From assembly GCA_964291265.2 (NCBI GenBank), contig OZ219747.1, forward strand, positions 3,584,001-3,648,000: a DNA stretch of 64,000 nucleotides, read 5' to 3'. Origin of the DNA: Alphaproteobacteria bacterium (GTDB lineage: Bacteria; Pseudomonadota; Alphaproteobacteria; SP197). Under the pieces are notes generated by a model, which did not search any database, had not been told where the DNA came from, and saw only the letters and a list, made by a program, of their open reading frames with translations. The position numbers and the translations under genes were made by a program. The stretch's first letter is position 1. Each line of letters opens with the position of its first letter. Shown one piece after another: positions 19,745-30,267 of the stretch.

Positions 19745-20677
19745 ATGTCAAAGAGTGCAAGCAAAACGCGAGCGCCGCGCCTGCACAAGGCAGACCTCCA
19801 TCTCCTCATGGTCTTCATGACGGTTGTGGAATGTGGCGGATTCGCTGCTGCGCAGGTCACGCTCAATGTCAGCCAGTCGACCATCAGCCGACAGATCGGC
19901 AATCTGGAGCAGCGCCTCGGCATGCGCCTGTGCCAGCGCGGACGAGCCGGCTTCTTCCTGACCGACAAGGGACGGACCGTCTACGAGGCATGCCAGCATC
20001 TTTCGACCGCGCTCGAGAGCTTTCGCACCACGGTAGGCGCCTTGCGCGGTGAACTGGTCGGTGATCTTTCGATCGCCGTGATCGACAACTGGGCGACCGA
20101 CCGCGGCTATCCACTGGCCGACGTTCTGTCGACCTTCAGGGCGAGAGCGCGAAGGGTCCACATACACTTGCACACACTGGCGCCCGACGAGATAGAGCGC
20201 GCCGTACTGGAAAACAGAGTGAACCTGGGAATCGGCGTGTTTCACCGGCACCGCCCTGGACTGGAGTACGAGGTGCTCTATGAAGACCCGGTCGAACTCT
20301 ACTGTGGTGCGAACCACCCGTTGTTCGACCGGAGTTCCCTCCGAGCAAGCGACCTTGAGAACGCAAACCTGGCGCACCGCGCCTATCTGTCAGAGGGCCA
20401 TGTGGCGCCGCTCACGGCGCACCTGCCGTCGTCCGCATCGGCGCGCCAGATCGAGGGCCTGGCATTCTTCATTCTTTCGGGCTGGCACGTTGGCTACCTG
20501 CCCGTTTCCTATGCCGAACGATGGGTCACTGCCGGACGCATGAGGAGTATCCTGCCGACCGTCTTCCGCCGCACGACGCTGATGGAGCTTGCCACACGCC
20601 GGGGTGTCACACCGACTCTCGTAAGCCAGACTTTCGCGGACATACTGCGGCAGACCACCGAGTCCTTGCGAAGCTGA
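19745..20677 (+). CDS. LysR family transcriptional regulator
   Basis: DLHLLMVFMTVVECGGFAAAQVTLNVSQSTISRQIGNLEQRLGMRLCQRGR winged HTH; alternative start at 19730. Confidence 0.93.
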   Translation: MSKSASKTRAPRLHKADLHLLMVFMTVVECGGFAAAQVTLNVSQSTISRQIGNLEQRLGMRLCQRGRAGFFLTDKGRTVYEACQHLSTALESFRTTVGALRGELVGDLSIAVIDNWATDRGYPLADVLSTFRARARRVHIHLHTLAPDEIERAVLENRVNLGIGVFHRHRPGLEYEVLYEDPVELYCGANHPLFDRSSLRASDLENANLAHRAYLSEGHVAPLTAHLPSSASARQIEGLAFFILSGWHVGYLPVSYAERWVTAGRMRSILPTVFRRTTLMELATRRGVTPTLVSQTFADILRQTTESLRS

Positions 20678-21039
20678 TGCCGGCAGTCATTGGCGGACAG
20701 CCCCGTTCATTGCCGCTCCACTACCAACCTTGTGAACTTCCGTTGGATCGTCCCCAGAACTGCGGAAGTTGGTCAATCGTGCCGGGTTTGGCAACCCGGA
20801 TGCACTCAGGAGGATTCCGGACCAGCACAGGCGTCTGCAACTCAACCCGATTTCCGTGTCCATGGATTCCTTCTGAATGTGATCCACCCGAGTTGGTCGT
20901 CATCACTGTGTCGCAGAACAGGGGGAGGACACGATCATGCCCAGAGCCATGGACATCGGTGAGTCTCGTTCGCGTACCGACAACTGTGATCGGACGCGGC
21001 GATGGGAAACTGCCTGCTGTCGGCTTCAGCCTGACGACC

Positions 21040-21640
21040 ATGGCGTTCGGCCCGGGCGGCATGTGCGCCCAGGAATCGCCGCCGGTCGATGATTCGCCGC
21101 AGGTGTTCGATTGGCGCAATCCTGAGTTGTCCGAATTCTGTGTGCCTCGTGTGGATGCGTATGGGCCGACGTCGGCATTCGCCCTGTTGCCGACAGAAGA
21201 AGATCAAGCGCTGCAGCAACTGCGGATCAGATGTCGTACCGTCGCCCATCCGTGCGTCGGCAGAGCGCGTGCGCTGGCGCGACGCCGGCATGCTGCGACC
21301 GATCGACCGGGCGGTTGACCCACGTCCCGGATGTCTTCCCGAGCATGAAGACCTGCCGGGCAGCATCGACGAGGATGGTCTGACCTGCTTCTTCGCGGCC
21401 GACTGCGGCAACTTGTCGGTGCTGTGCCACTCCGGTCCGGCACTAGAGCAAGTCGACATGGAAGACCGGAAGAACGAATCGTGGGCCATCCTTTTCGATG
21501 AAGAGTATGCCGAGCGCCTCGGCATCTTGGATTCGATCGGCGGCCTCGTCGCCGTCATCGGTTCGTTGATCGGTGCCGCATGGGAGGAGGCGACGAAGCT
21601 CTTGCTCAAGCAGCGCGAATTCCCGCGCTACCGCCGCAGA
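21040..21640 (+). pseudogene. Decayed PotD/PotF-type ABC substrate-binding protein
   Basis: Frameshifted pieces QVFDW..ELSEF..DAYG...DQALQQLR / VRWRDAGMLRPID..DLPGSIDEDG..DCGNLSV..ESWAILFDEEYAERL..KLLLKQR align by eye with the intact paralogue at 59831-60973. Confidence 0.7.
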
Positions 21641-21885
21641 CGCATTGGCCATCGTGCACCACGCGCGTTGCGGTGCAGGCGATCGCCTGTCGTCTGACCC
21701 GGAGAACTCCTTGCAGAAGGGGGCATCCTGCACATCGGGGCACTTCGGAGCGCTTCACCACTCTTCGTTCCTGTGGTCATGTCATCCCATCACCGGATGA
21801 CTTGTGTGCCAGGGACAAGGCATGTGCTTGCCGGGGCCGTGGCGCGGGTGGCAGAATTCGGCTTCAGGCTGATAGGGAAACTGCG

Positions 21886-22197
21886 ATGTACAGGATCGAT
21901 CCCAGACGCACCGAACTGGCCGATGAATTCCGGCGCAATCCCTTTGGACCGCACAGCGCCGAACTCCAGAAGGTACTCAACGTCATGCGCTGGGAGCCCA
22001 TCGAAGGCAAGTACGTCCTGGTCAACACGGTCCCTCACAGGGAGTGGTGTCTGGCCCAGCTTCCGGGAAAGCGCGGCGTACCCGTGACGCTCCACGAGGA
22101 TGTCGTGTTCACGGACCTCGGCGAGGCCGAGTGGTACATCTTCAGGCTGCGCTGGAAAAAGCACACCGGGGTTGATCCGGACCAGGCCTCTTCATGA
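21886..22197 (+). CDS. N,N-dimethylformamidase small (alpha) subunit-like protein
   Basis: EFRRNPFGPHSAELQKVL..MR, GKYVLV, LPGKRG.P, EAEWYIFRLRW; ATGA-coupled to the large subunit; 103 aa. Confidence 0.75.
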   Translation: MYRIDPRRTELADEFRRNPFGPHSAELQKVLNVMRWEPIEGKYVLVNTVPHREWCLAQLPGKRGVPVTLHEDVVFTDLGEAEWYIFRLRWKKHTGVDPDQASS

Positions 22198-24434
22198 CAC
22201 TCGACTACCAGCGACGCCTCCTCGGCTACGCGGACCGTGTCCGTGTGAGGCCGGGCGACGCCATTGATTTCAAGATCAGCCTCGAGGACCACGAGACCTT
22301 CGAGTTCAGGACGGTGCGCATTGTCTGCGGTGTCGAGACTCCGGAGGGCGCTCCCTATCGCGAGGTGGCGGTGGACACGCCGGCCAACGGGATTCACGAC
22401 GGCGCGTATCAGCGCATCGATGCCGGTTCCTACGCGGTCATCCCCACCGCACCGGTTCTTGACCGGCTTTCGACCTTCACGTTCCAGGCCTTCATCATGC
22501 CGACGCTTCCCGGTGACGGACGCCAGGTCGTCATCAGCCGTGGCACGGGTGCCGCACGGCACGGTTTTGCCGTCATTCTTGATGAGGCGGGCGCCCTTGC
22601 CCTGATGGTGGGGGATGGTCATGGACTTCGCACCGTTTCGACCGGGAGACCCCTTCAACCGTGGAAGTGGGCCTTCGTGGCGGCAAGTTACGATGCAGAG
22701 AACGGTTCGGTCACACTGCGCCAGGAACCGCTAGTCCATACCGGCGACACCAGCAGTCCCCTGTGTATCACGGGACATGCGCCACCCGGCGTGATCTTTG
22801 CAGCCGATCACGATCTCCACATGGCCGCCTGGCAGACAGGGTGGCACGAGGATGGCAGACCCCGCATGGTCGGACACTTCAACGGGCGCATCGACAGTCC
22901 GCGCCTTGCCTCGAGGGTTCTCGAAGGCCACGAGATGGCGGCACTGACGAGGCCCCGACCGATACCGGAAGACTGGCTCGTCGGCGCCTGGGACTTCGCG
23001 GCGAACATCTCCGGCGACACCTTCCCCGACCATTCCGGCAACCTGCTCGACGGCCATCTTGTCAACCTGCCGTCGCGAGGAGTGACCGGACGCCAGTGGG
23101 ATGGATCCTGCCATGACTGGAGGGAGTGTCCCGACCATTACGCCGCCGTCCACTTTCACGACGACGATCTTTTCGATGCCGGCTGGCAGACCACCGTCTC
23201 CATGACCGTTCCCGAATCCCTTGCCAGCGGAATCTATGCCGCGCATTGCCAGGCAGGCGATGACGCGTGCCAAGTTCCCTTCGTCGTCGTGCCCGGACAC
23301 GGAGCACCGAGGGAGCGCATCGCCTTTCTCGCTTCAACGGCTACCTGGCTCGCCTATGCCAACAACCACTGGCAGCTCGACGAGGAGAAGGCGGAGGTAA
23401 AGCGCGGGCGCATCATTGCCTACAGCCCCGACGAGCTCTTCCTCCATGAACGGCGCGATCTCGGCCTTTCGACCTACGATACGCATCGTGACGGATCGGG
23501 TGTGTTCTACAGTTCACGGCTGCGGCCCCTGGTCAACAACTACAGCCCGAAATCGACCATCTGGAGTTTCAACGCGGACACGCACGTCACGGACTGGCTG
23601 GAGGCCTCCGATATCCCGTTTGACGTCGTCACGGACGAGGACATTCACGAGGACGGTATCGCAGCCCTGTGCGACTATCGGGTCGTCATGACCGGAACTC
23701 ACCCTGAATACTGGACGACCGACATGCTGGATGCGCTGGTCGCCTACTTCGATCGTGGCGGCAGGCTCATGTACCTGGGTGGCAACGGGTTCTACTGGCG
23801 CATTGCCTGTCATCCCACTCGGGGCGGCGAGGCCATCGAGGTGCGTCGAGCGGAGTCGGGAGCGCGTTTCTGGGCTTCCCGCCCGGGCGAATACCACCTT
23901 TCCTTCAGCGGCGAGAGAGGAGGATTGTGGAAACACATTGGTCGGCCTCCGCAGTCGATCGTCGGTGTCGGCACCTTCGCCACTGGTTTCGATCGATCGG
24001 GCTGGTTCGTCAAGAAACCCGGAATCGATGACAACCCCCGGGCCTCCTGGATCTTCGAGGGTGTCAAGGGCGACATCATCGGCGATTTCGGCGTGCTGGG
24101 TGGCGGAGCGGCCGGCATCGAACTCGACGGTGCCGACGAGGCGCTGGGCACGCCGCCGGAGACCATCGTGCTGGCGAGTTCGGACGGACATTCCGCCTAC
24201 TACATGCAGTCACCCGACGAAATCGTCTTCAACCATGCGGCCGTCACCGGGGACGCCAATCCCAGGGTGCGTGCCGACATGGTGTACGTCGCTCTGCCAT
24301 CGGGCGGCGGTGTCTTTTCCACGGGCTCCATCAGCTGGGCCGCAAGCCTTGGCTGGAACGGCTACGACAACAACGTGGCGCGGATCACCGGCAATGTGGT
24401 GCGCCGGTTCGCCGCCGACGCGGCCCTGCCCTGA
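22194..24434 (+). CDS. N,N-dimethylformamidase large (beta) subunit family protein 1
   Basis: GYADR.RVRPGD, LamG-like domain, YAAVHFHDDDL, TWLAYAN, GLSTYDTH.DGSGV, TGTHPEY, YLGGNGFYWR, GAAGIELD. Confidence 0.9.
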   Translation: MTLDYQRRLLGYADRVRVRPGDAIDFKISLEDHETFEFRTVRIVCGVETPEGAPYREVAVDTPANGIHDGAYQRIDAGSYAVIPTAPVLDRLSTFTFQAFIMPTLPGDGRQVVISRGTGAARHGFAVILDEAGALALMVGDGHGLRTVSTGRPLQPWKWAFVAASYDAENGSVTLRQEPLVHTGDTSSPLCITGHAPPGVIFAADHDLHMAAWQTGWHEDGRPRMVGHFNGRIDSPRLASRVLEGHEMAALTRPRPIPEDWLVGAWDFAANISGDTFPDHSGNLLDGHLVNLPSRGVTGRQWDGSCHDWRECPDHYAAVHFHDDDLFDAGWQTTVSMTVPESLASGIYAAHCQAGDDACQVPFVVVPGHGAPRERIAFLASTATWLAYANNHWQLDEEKAEVKRGRIIAYSPDELFLHERRDLGLSTYDTHRDGSGVFYSSRLRPLVNNYSPKSTIWSFNADTHVTDWLEASDIPFDVVTDEDIHEDGIAALCDYRVVMTGTHPEYWTTDMLDALVAYFDRGGRLMYLGGNGFYWRIACHPTRGGEAIEVRRAESGARFWASRPGEYHLSFSGERGGLWKHIGRPPQSIVGVGTFATGFDRSGWFVKKPGIDDNPRASWIFEGVKGDIIGDFGVLGGGAAGIELDGADEALGTPPETIVLASSDGHSAYYMQSPDEIVFNHAAVTGDANPRVRADMVYVALPSGGGVFSTGSISWAASLGWNGYDNNVARITGNVVRRFAADAALP

Positions 24435-24459
24435 ATCACCGGTTGGAAGGAGGACAGAC

Positions 24460-26667
24460 ATGCGACGGCTTCTCGGATATGCCGACAAGATCAGCGTCAA
24501 GCCCGGCGAGGCCATCGACTTCAAGGTATCCAGCGAGGACGAAGGCACCTTCCACCTCGACATCCTCCGCATTCGTTGCGGTGACGATACCCTCAACGGC
24601 CCGGGTCTCAAGGAGACGCCTGTCGAAGCCCGGGTGAACGGCGACTACCCGGCCCGTTTCCAGAGGACACAGGTCGGCTCCTTCGTCGCGATCGATCATC
24701 CCCGAATACCGGCTCCGCAGAGCTTCACGCTGCAGGCGATGGTGTGGCCGACACTCCTCACGAAGGAAGGGCAACAGACCATCATGGGCTCCTGGCATGC
24801 CAGGCACCGCCAAGGCTATGCGCTCGGCGTCATCGACGGGAAACTCTCCCTTGCAATCGGCGACGGCAAGCGGATTGAAACGTTGGTCTCGTCCGCCGCC
24901 ATGCATGAACGCCACTGGTATTTCGTGGCTGCGACATTCGATTCCACGAGAGGCGAGGCCACCCTCATCCAGGAACCTCTCGTGCGCTATGCCGGCGATG
25001 CCGACAGCGCACGAACGGCACGCACCATGGACGTTCGACCAGGGCACGGCGGCAGATTCACGATTGCCGGCCACAACACCGACGACGGCGTCAGCGGTCT
25101 CTTCAATGGCAAGATCGACACGCCGGCGGTCACAGGGCGAGTGATTGAACGCGGTCAGATGGAACAGCTGCTGGATCGGCGTATTCCTCCTGACATTGCC
25201 GCCGATGTGGTGGCCTTGTGGGACTTCAGCCGCGAAATGAATGGCGTGACGGCCCACGACATCTCGCCGAACCGGTTCCACGGCACCATCGTCAACATGC
25301 CGACGCGAGCCATGAAGGGGTGGAATCACGACGGCAGCGACATGGTCTGGACCCATCGGCCGGATCACTACGGCGCCATTCATTTCCACGATGACGACCT
25401 CCATGACTGCGCCTGGGAAACGGATGCCACCTGGCAGGTGCCGGCCGACTGCCGTAGCGGCTCGTTTGCCGCGTTCCTGACCCAGGGTGACCAGTGGTTC
25501 TACATTCCCTTCTATGTTCGCCCGCCGACAGGGCGTCCGGGGGCCCGCCTGGCCCTGCTGATTGCCACCTGCAGCTACTACGCCTACGTCAACCACCACA
25601 TGGGGATCGGATGGGGTGACATGGGCGAGCACGCGGACAACGCCTTCAGCGTGATCGACATGACCGATATCCATCTTCACATGCACCCGGAGCACGGCCT
25701 GTCGATGTATGACAACCACAGCGACGGCTCCGGTGTCGCCTATGCCTCGCGTCTCAGGCCATTTCTGCGCATGGGGTCACGCGACAGCGTCTGGCAGTAC
25801 AACGCCGACACCCACATCACCGACTGGCTCGAGGAACAGGGGATCGCTTTCGATGTCATCACCGACGATGACCTCGACGCCGAAGGCGTGGCCCTTCTCG
25901 AACCCTACACCTGCATCATGACGACGACTCATCCCGAGTACACCACCACGGGAATGATGAAAGCCCTGCTTCACTACCAGCAACGGGGCGGCCGATTCAT
26001 CTACATGGGCGGCAACGGATTCTACTGGAGAGTGGCTCTTCACCCTCACCTTCCCGGAGTCATGGAAATGCGGCGGGCCGAAGACGGCATGCGCAGCTGG
26101 ATTGCCTCGCCGGGCGAGTATGTCATGAGCTTCAACGGAGAACTCGGCGGCCTGTGGCGGCGCAACGGGATGAGTCCAGAGTCGATCTGCGGCACCGGCT
26201 TCGCCGCCCAGGGGTTCAATTTCTCCCGCCCCTACACGCGAACCCCCGCAAGCGAAGATCCCCGGGCCGCCTGGATCTTCGAAGGCATCGGCCGCGATGA
26301 AAGGATCGGTGACTTCGGATCCGTCTTCGGCGGTGCCGCCGGAAGCGAGATCGACAGTGTCGATCCGCAAGAAGGCACGCCACCCCACGCCCTCGTCGTC
26401 GCCGAGGCCACCGATTTCGCTGTCGATTTTCACTGGGTCAACGAGGAGTTTCTTCACACGCATTCGGCCGTCAACGGAGAGAACTGCCCCCACGTGCGTT
26501 GCGACATGGTGTTCTACGAGACACCCAACGGCGGCGCGGTCTTCTCGACCAGCTCCATCGCCTTTGCCGGTTCCCTGGCCCACAACGGCTACGCCAACAA
26601 CGTCAGCCGCCTGCTCTCCAATGTCGTCAACCGCTTCCTCGACCCCGAACCCATCCCGCCTCCCTGA
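24460..26667 (+). CDS. N,N-dimethylformamidase large (beta) subunit family protein 2
   Basis: Same architecture: YGAIHFHDDDL, SYYAYVN, GLSMYDNH.DGSGV, TTTHPEY, YMGGNGFYWR, GAAGSEID; RBS AAGGAGG before ATG 24460. Confidence 0.9.
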   Translation: MRRLLGYADKISVKPGEAIDFKVSSEDEGTFHLDILRIRCGDDTLNGPGLKETPVEARVNGDYPARFQRTQVGSFVAIDHPRIPAPQSFTLQAMVWPTLLTKEGQQTIMGSWHARHRQGYALGVIDGKLSLAIGDGKRIETLVSSAAMHERHWYFVAATFDSTRGEATLIQEPLVRYAGDADSARTARTMDVRPGHGGRFTIAGHNTDDGVSGLFNGKIDTPAVTGRVIERGQMEQLLDRRIPPDIAADVVALWDFSREMNGVTAHDISPNRFHGTIVNMPTRAMKGWNHDGSDMVWTHRPDHYGAIHFHDDDLHDCAWETDATWQVPADCRSGSFAAFLTQGDQWFYIPFYVRPPTGRPGARLALLIATCSYYAYVNHHMGIGWGDMGEHADNAFSVIDMTDIHLHMHPEHGLSMYDNHSDGSGVAYASRLRPFLRMGSRDSVWQYNADTHITDWLEEQGIAFDVITDDDLDAEGVALLEPYTCIMTTTHPEYTTTGMMKALLHYQQRGGRFIYMGGNGFYWRVALHPHLPGVMEMRRAEDGMRSWIASPGEYVMSFNGELGGLWRRNGMSPESICGTGFAAQGFNFSRPYTRTPASEDPRAAWIFEGIGRDERIGDFGSVFGGAAGSEIDSVDPQEGTPPHALVVAEATDFAVDFHWVNEEFLHTHSAVNGENCPHVRCDMVFYETPNGGAVFSTSSIAFAGSLAHNGYANNVSRLLSNVVNRFLDPEPIPPP

Positions 26668-26827
26668 CCGCGCCTGGAGAGGAATGCAGGCCCTCGGCGG
26701 CCTGCCACGTCACGTTCCGGTGCCGATACGGCAGACCACTGCTGCCGCGCTGGGCCCGTGCCCGAGTCGCCGCCTTGCGATTGCAACTGGTCATGTCCGG
26801 GGAAACGGGTAGGCGTGTCCCCGCTCG

Positions 26828-28915
26828 TCAGAACGGTTCCTGGCGGGGGACAACAAGAACATCCAGGCCGATGGCGCCTGAGTCCGTGATGAGGAGTGGA
26901 TTGACGTCGAGCGCTTCGAGGTGGGAACCGAGTTCGAGAGCCATGGCCGAGACCTTCATGACGGCATCGACGAGAGCACCGGAACCGACCGCGGCATGGC
27001 CGCGCCATCCCGCGAGGAGTCGAGTGAGCTTCAGGCCCGCAAGGGTTTCCTCCACCTCCTGGCGCGAAACGGGTGGATGGAAGGCCGCCACGTCATCGAT
27101 GAGCTCGACGAGAACACCACCGGCGCCGGCAAGAACGACGGGGCCGAACTGGTGGTCGCGGGAGATCCCCACCATGGCTTCGATGCCGTCTGTGGCCATG
27201 GCTGCCACCATGCAGCGCGGCCCCAGGTTCCCGGTCATGGTTCTCCACGCATGGACGAGGCCTTCTTCATCGGCAATGCCGACCACGACTCCTCCGACTT
27301 CGGACTTGTGGGTGATGCCCGGCATGGCCGTCTTGAGAACGACGGGAAAGCCGATCCTTCCTGCCGCCTTGCGGGCGCTTTCTTCGCTGTCGACGAGCGC
27401 ATGGCGCGGCGCCGCGATACCGTAGTCGTCAAGAAGCGCCAGACCGGTCGCCTCGTCGGCGTCGCGCAACCGGTCCCGCCAGCGGAGCATTCGCTCCCTG
27501 TCAGGAGTATAGGGCGGTTCGGCAGGACGCCGTCGCCAGTCCCGCCGCCAGAAGGCATGGGAGATGGCCTTGAGACCCGGAATGCTCCCGTCGAGGACAG
27601 GCAGGTCATGATTGTGTGTCAAGTCCCAGGCAAGATCATGGTGGTCGCTGCCGGAGTGGTTCGTGATGAGCGCCACGGGTTTCGTTGTCGTCGAGGCCGC
27701 AGCCAGGCAGGCGTGGGCGCAGGCGCGGCTGTAGCAGTTGTGTTGCGACACGTCGAGGAAGAAGGCCCCCACAGCGGTTGACGGGTCATGCATGAGCGCG
27801 GCGAAGCAGTCGCGCATGACGCCGTCGTGATCGACGCCTGTTCCGAAGGCATCGCAGGGGTTTTCCGCCTCGAGGCCGTAGTCGAGGCGTTCTCCGAGAC
27901 GTGCTCTCGTCTTCTCGCCGATGACGGCAAACGGAACGCCGAGATCGCTGGCAAGATCGCAGATCATCTCGCGCTCGCCGCCGGAATCGTGAATCGTCGC
28001 CAGGGCGCCGTCTCCGACATCCCTCGCCCGGGCAAGCAGCAAGGAGGTGGCGATGAGTTCATCGATCGTCGAGGCGCGCAGAACGCCGTGTTTCCGGAAG
28101 ACGGCATCGATGGTCCGGTCATCGCCGGCAAGGGCGCCTGTATGGCTTACCGCCATACGGGCCGCCATGTCGGAACGGCCCGCCTTGAGCGCCACCACGG
28201 GTACGTCCTTCGCCTGCGCCTTGCGGAGGACTGCTTCAAACCCCTGCGGATCGCGAACCGTCTCGAGAAAAAGGGTCAGCACCCGTGCCGTGCCGAGTTC
28301 GAGAGCATAGTCCATGTAGTCGACGACCGTTGCCGAGGTTTCCCGACCGACGGACGCCGCAAGATTCGGTTTCAGGCGACTCCCCGCGAGGCAGCCGAAA
28401 ACCGATCCCGACTGTGCCAGCACCGTGATGTGTCCAGGATCAAGCTGGGGGAAGCGGTAGGAGTTGACGTGGACCGCAGCCTCGTAGTTGCAGAAACCCA
28501 TGCAGTTGACACCGATGGAAGGAACATCAGCCTCGCGCAGCATCGCTGCGAGACGCTCGGCCAGTTCCGGTTCCCTGTCGTCCGGAACGACACAACTGCC
28601 GAAGATCGCCACCGCCCTGACACCGGCTTCGACGGCCGCTGTCACCTGATCCTCGACACGGGCGTCGCTCACCGCCATGACAGCAAGATCGATGGGACCC
28701 GGCAGGTCTGCCAGAGACGGATGGCAGACCTCTCCGGCAACCTCGCCATAGCGCGGGTTGACCGGGTAGACCGGTCCGTCAAAGGCGAGATCGCGAAACG
28801 TCTCGACAACGCTGCGTCCCGTCGCATGTTCGCGCGGCGTGGCTCCGACAACCGCCACCGATGACGGCGCAAGAAGAGGCTGAAGCCGATGCGCGATACG
28901 CCGGCGCCGGGTCAT
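26828..28915 (-). CDS. Acetate/acyl-CoA ligase (ADP-forming) family protein
   Basis: SVAVVGAT, VYPVNP, GVNCMG, AQSGSV, SHTGALAG (phospho-His), HKSEVGGV, LDVNPL. Confidence 0.92.
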   Translation of the reverse strand: MTRRRRIAHRLQPLLAPSSVAVVGATPREHATGRSVVETFRDLAFDGPVYPVNPRYGEVAGEVCHPSLADLPGPIDLAVMAVSDARVEDQVTAAVEAGVRAVAIFGSCVVPDDREPELAERLAAMLREADVPSIGVNCMGFCNYEAAVHVNSYRFPQLDPGHITVLAQSGSVFGCLAGSRLKPNLAASVGRETSATVVDYMDYALELGTARVLTLFLETVRDPQGFEAVLRKAQAKDVPVVALKAGRSDMAARMAVSHTGALAGDDRTIDAVFRKHGVLRASTIDELIATSLLLARARDVGDGALATIHDSGGEREMICDLASDLGVPFAVIGEKTRARLGERLDYGLEAENPCDAFGTGVDHDGVMRDCFAALMHDPSTAVGAFFLDVSQHNCYSRACAHACLAAASTTTKPVALITNHSGSDHHDLAWDLTHNHDLPVLDGSIPGLKAISHAFWRRDWRRRPAEPPYTPDRERMLRWRDRLRDADEATGLALLDDYGIAAPRHALVDSEESARKAAGRIGFPVVLKTAMPGITHKSEVGGVVVGIADEEGLVHAWRTMTGNLGPRCMVAAMATDGIEAMVGISRDHQFGPVVLAGAGGVLVELIDDVAAFHPPVSRQEVEETLAGLKLTRLLAGWRGHAAVGSGALVDAVMKVSAMALELGSHLEALDVNPLLITDSGAIGLDVLVVPRQEPF

Positions 28916-28931
28916 GTCCGCCGTGAACCCT

Positions 28932-30173
28932 TCAGAAGAACACGTACGAGCGTACCACGATGTTCTTGCGGCAGGGTGCGTCGGCGGGTGCGTCGGGATC
29001 GAAGCAGGCGGAATGGAAGGACCACCTGGAAACGGACCCGTCGGTGACGGAATCGTAGCACTTCAGCATGGATATCTCGTTGGGCCGCTGGCGTGGAAAC
29101 CAGTACCAATCGTGGTCCGGACGATAGGTGAACCGGGTGGTTTCTCCGACGCGATCATCATAGATGCGGTAGTTCGTGATGTAGGGCTGATCGGCGAAGG
29201 AAGGCCAGGCACAAAGGATGAAGGGGTACTGCTCGACTGTCTCGAACGGCTTGGCGAGATTGATCGACATGAAACGGCGCGACATCTTGGCGTCGGCCTC
29301 GGCCTCGGTGTAGTGCTGCTCGCGCCCGAAATTCCGCAGGTTCCGCGTCAGGAGCTCACGGCATCGCACGCGCCCGGAATTGTCGTTGAGATCGTTGTGC
29401 ACGAGATTGACATACCCGGTGTTGACCCCGGGATCCTTCGCCTCCTGATCCTCCCTCACCGGGCCATCGTAGTCCCGGTTGAAGATGTCGTGATTGTAGA
29501 CAAGGACATCGGTGGCATCGGGAAAGAAATCCAGGAGAAGCCGCTCGATCTCCGGATAGAAGACACGCTCCACCTCCGCGGCGTCGTAGAAGTCGCTGCA
29601 GGTGGAATCGAGGTGGACCAGTGAGACGCCCAACCTGTCCATGCATTCGGGCGTGGTCACCGACAGACCAGGGGAGGTTTCCTCGATCCTGCGCGCATCG
29701 CGCACCATCTGGGGAAAATAGAGGGATCGCCGCGAGTTGTTCTCTTCCGCCCGGCGCAGCAGGTCTGCTTGCCTGCGCCGCGTCGAGTCCTGCCAGAGGG
29801 AATTCGACGACACGACGGAATAGGACGGATGCTCGTAGACGGTATAGCGCAACGGCAGCACCACTGCGCCATCGGGCGCTTCCATGCCGCTGGCGCGAAT
29901 GTGGTCCATGCACTCGTCCCAGGTGCGGAAACCGGTTCCCCACCTTGTTTCGACGGGGCCGGGGGGTGCATCCTCGATCCAGCAGATGAAGTCGTCGACA
30001 TGGCCCCGGGCAATCTGTTCGAGGGCGGCATCGATCGCCGCCCCGGTCCCCGCATCGCCATTGCGCTCGAATGAAGCGAACGAGAGGCCGCCATTGGCCG
30101 CCACCGGTTCAGGTTGTCCGCTGGTGATCTCCAGAGACGGCACCCAGGCCGTTCGGTTTCCAAGTCCTTCCAT
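28932..30173 (-). CDS. CmcJ/NvfI-family Fe(II)/2OG-type oxidoreductase with N-terminal extension
   Basis: DFYD...VFYPEIE.LL, VHND (HxD), WYWFPRQ.PNE..LKCYDS, FHSACFDP, RKNIVVR. Confidence 0.8.
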   Translation of the reverse strand: MEGLGNRTAWVPSLEITSGQPEPVAANGGLSFASFERNGDAGTGAAIDAALEQIARGHVDDFICWIEDAPPGPVETRWGTGFRTWDECMDHIRASGMEAPDGAVVLPLRYTVYEHPSYSVVSSNSLWQDSTRRRQADLLRRAEENNSRRSLYFPQMVRDARRIEETSPGLSVTTPECMDRLGVSLVHLDSTCSDFYDAAEVERVFYPEIERLLLDFFPDATDVLVYNHDIFNRDYDGPVREDQEAKDPGVNTGYVNLVHNDLNDNSGRVRCRELLTRNLRNFGREQHYTEAEADAKMSRRFMSINLAKPFETVEQYPFILCAWPSFADQPYITNYRIYDDRVGETTRFTYRPDHDWYWFPRQRPNEISMLKCYDSVTDGSVSRWSFHSACFDPDAPADAPCRKNIVVRSYVFF

Positions 30174-30267
30174 CCGGTCCCTCGCGAAGCGTCTGCCGCA
30201 TGCCTACTTTGAACCCATCGATGGCGGCTTCGCAAGCCCCGGGCGGCGCCAACGTCGGGAGATGAGG

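Noticed and set aside
23731-24459. 978-aa ORF as a fusion protein (likewise extended starts at 41392, 46571 and 50811)
   Set aside because: The extensions overlap genuine upstream genes in another frame; RBS-supported or coupled starts lie at 24460, 40696, 47249 and 50991.
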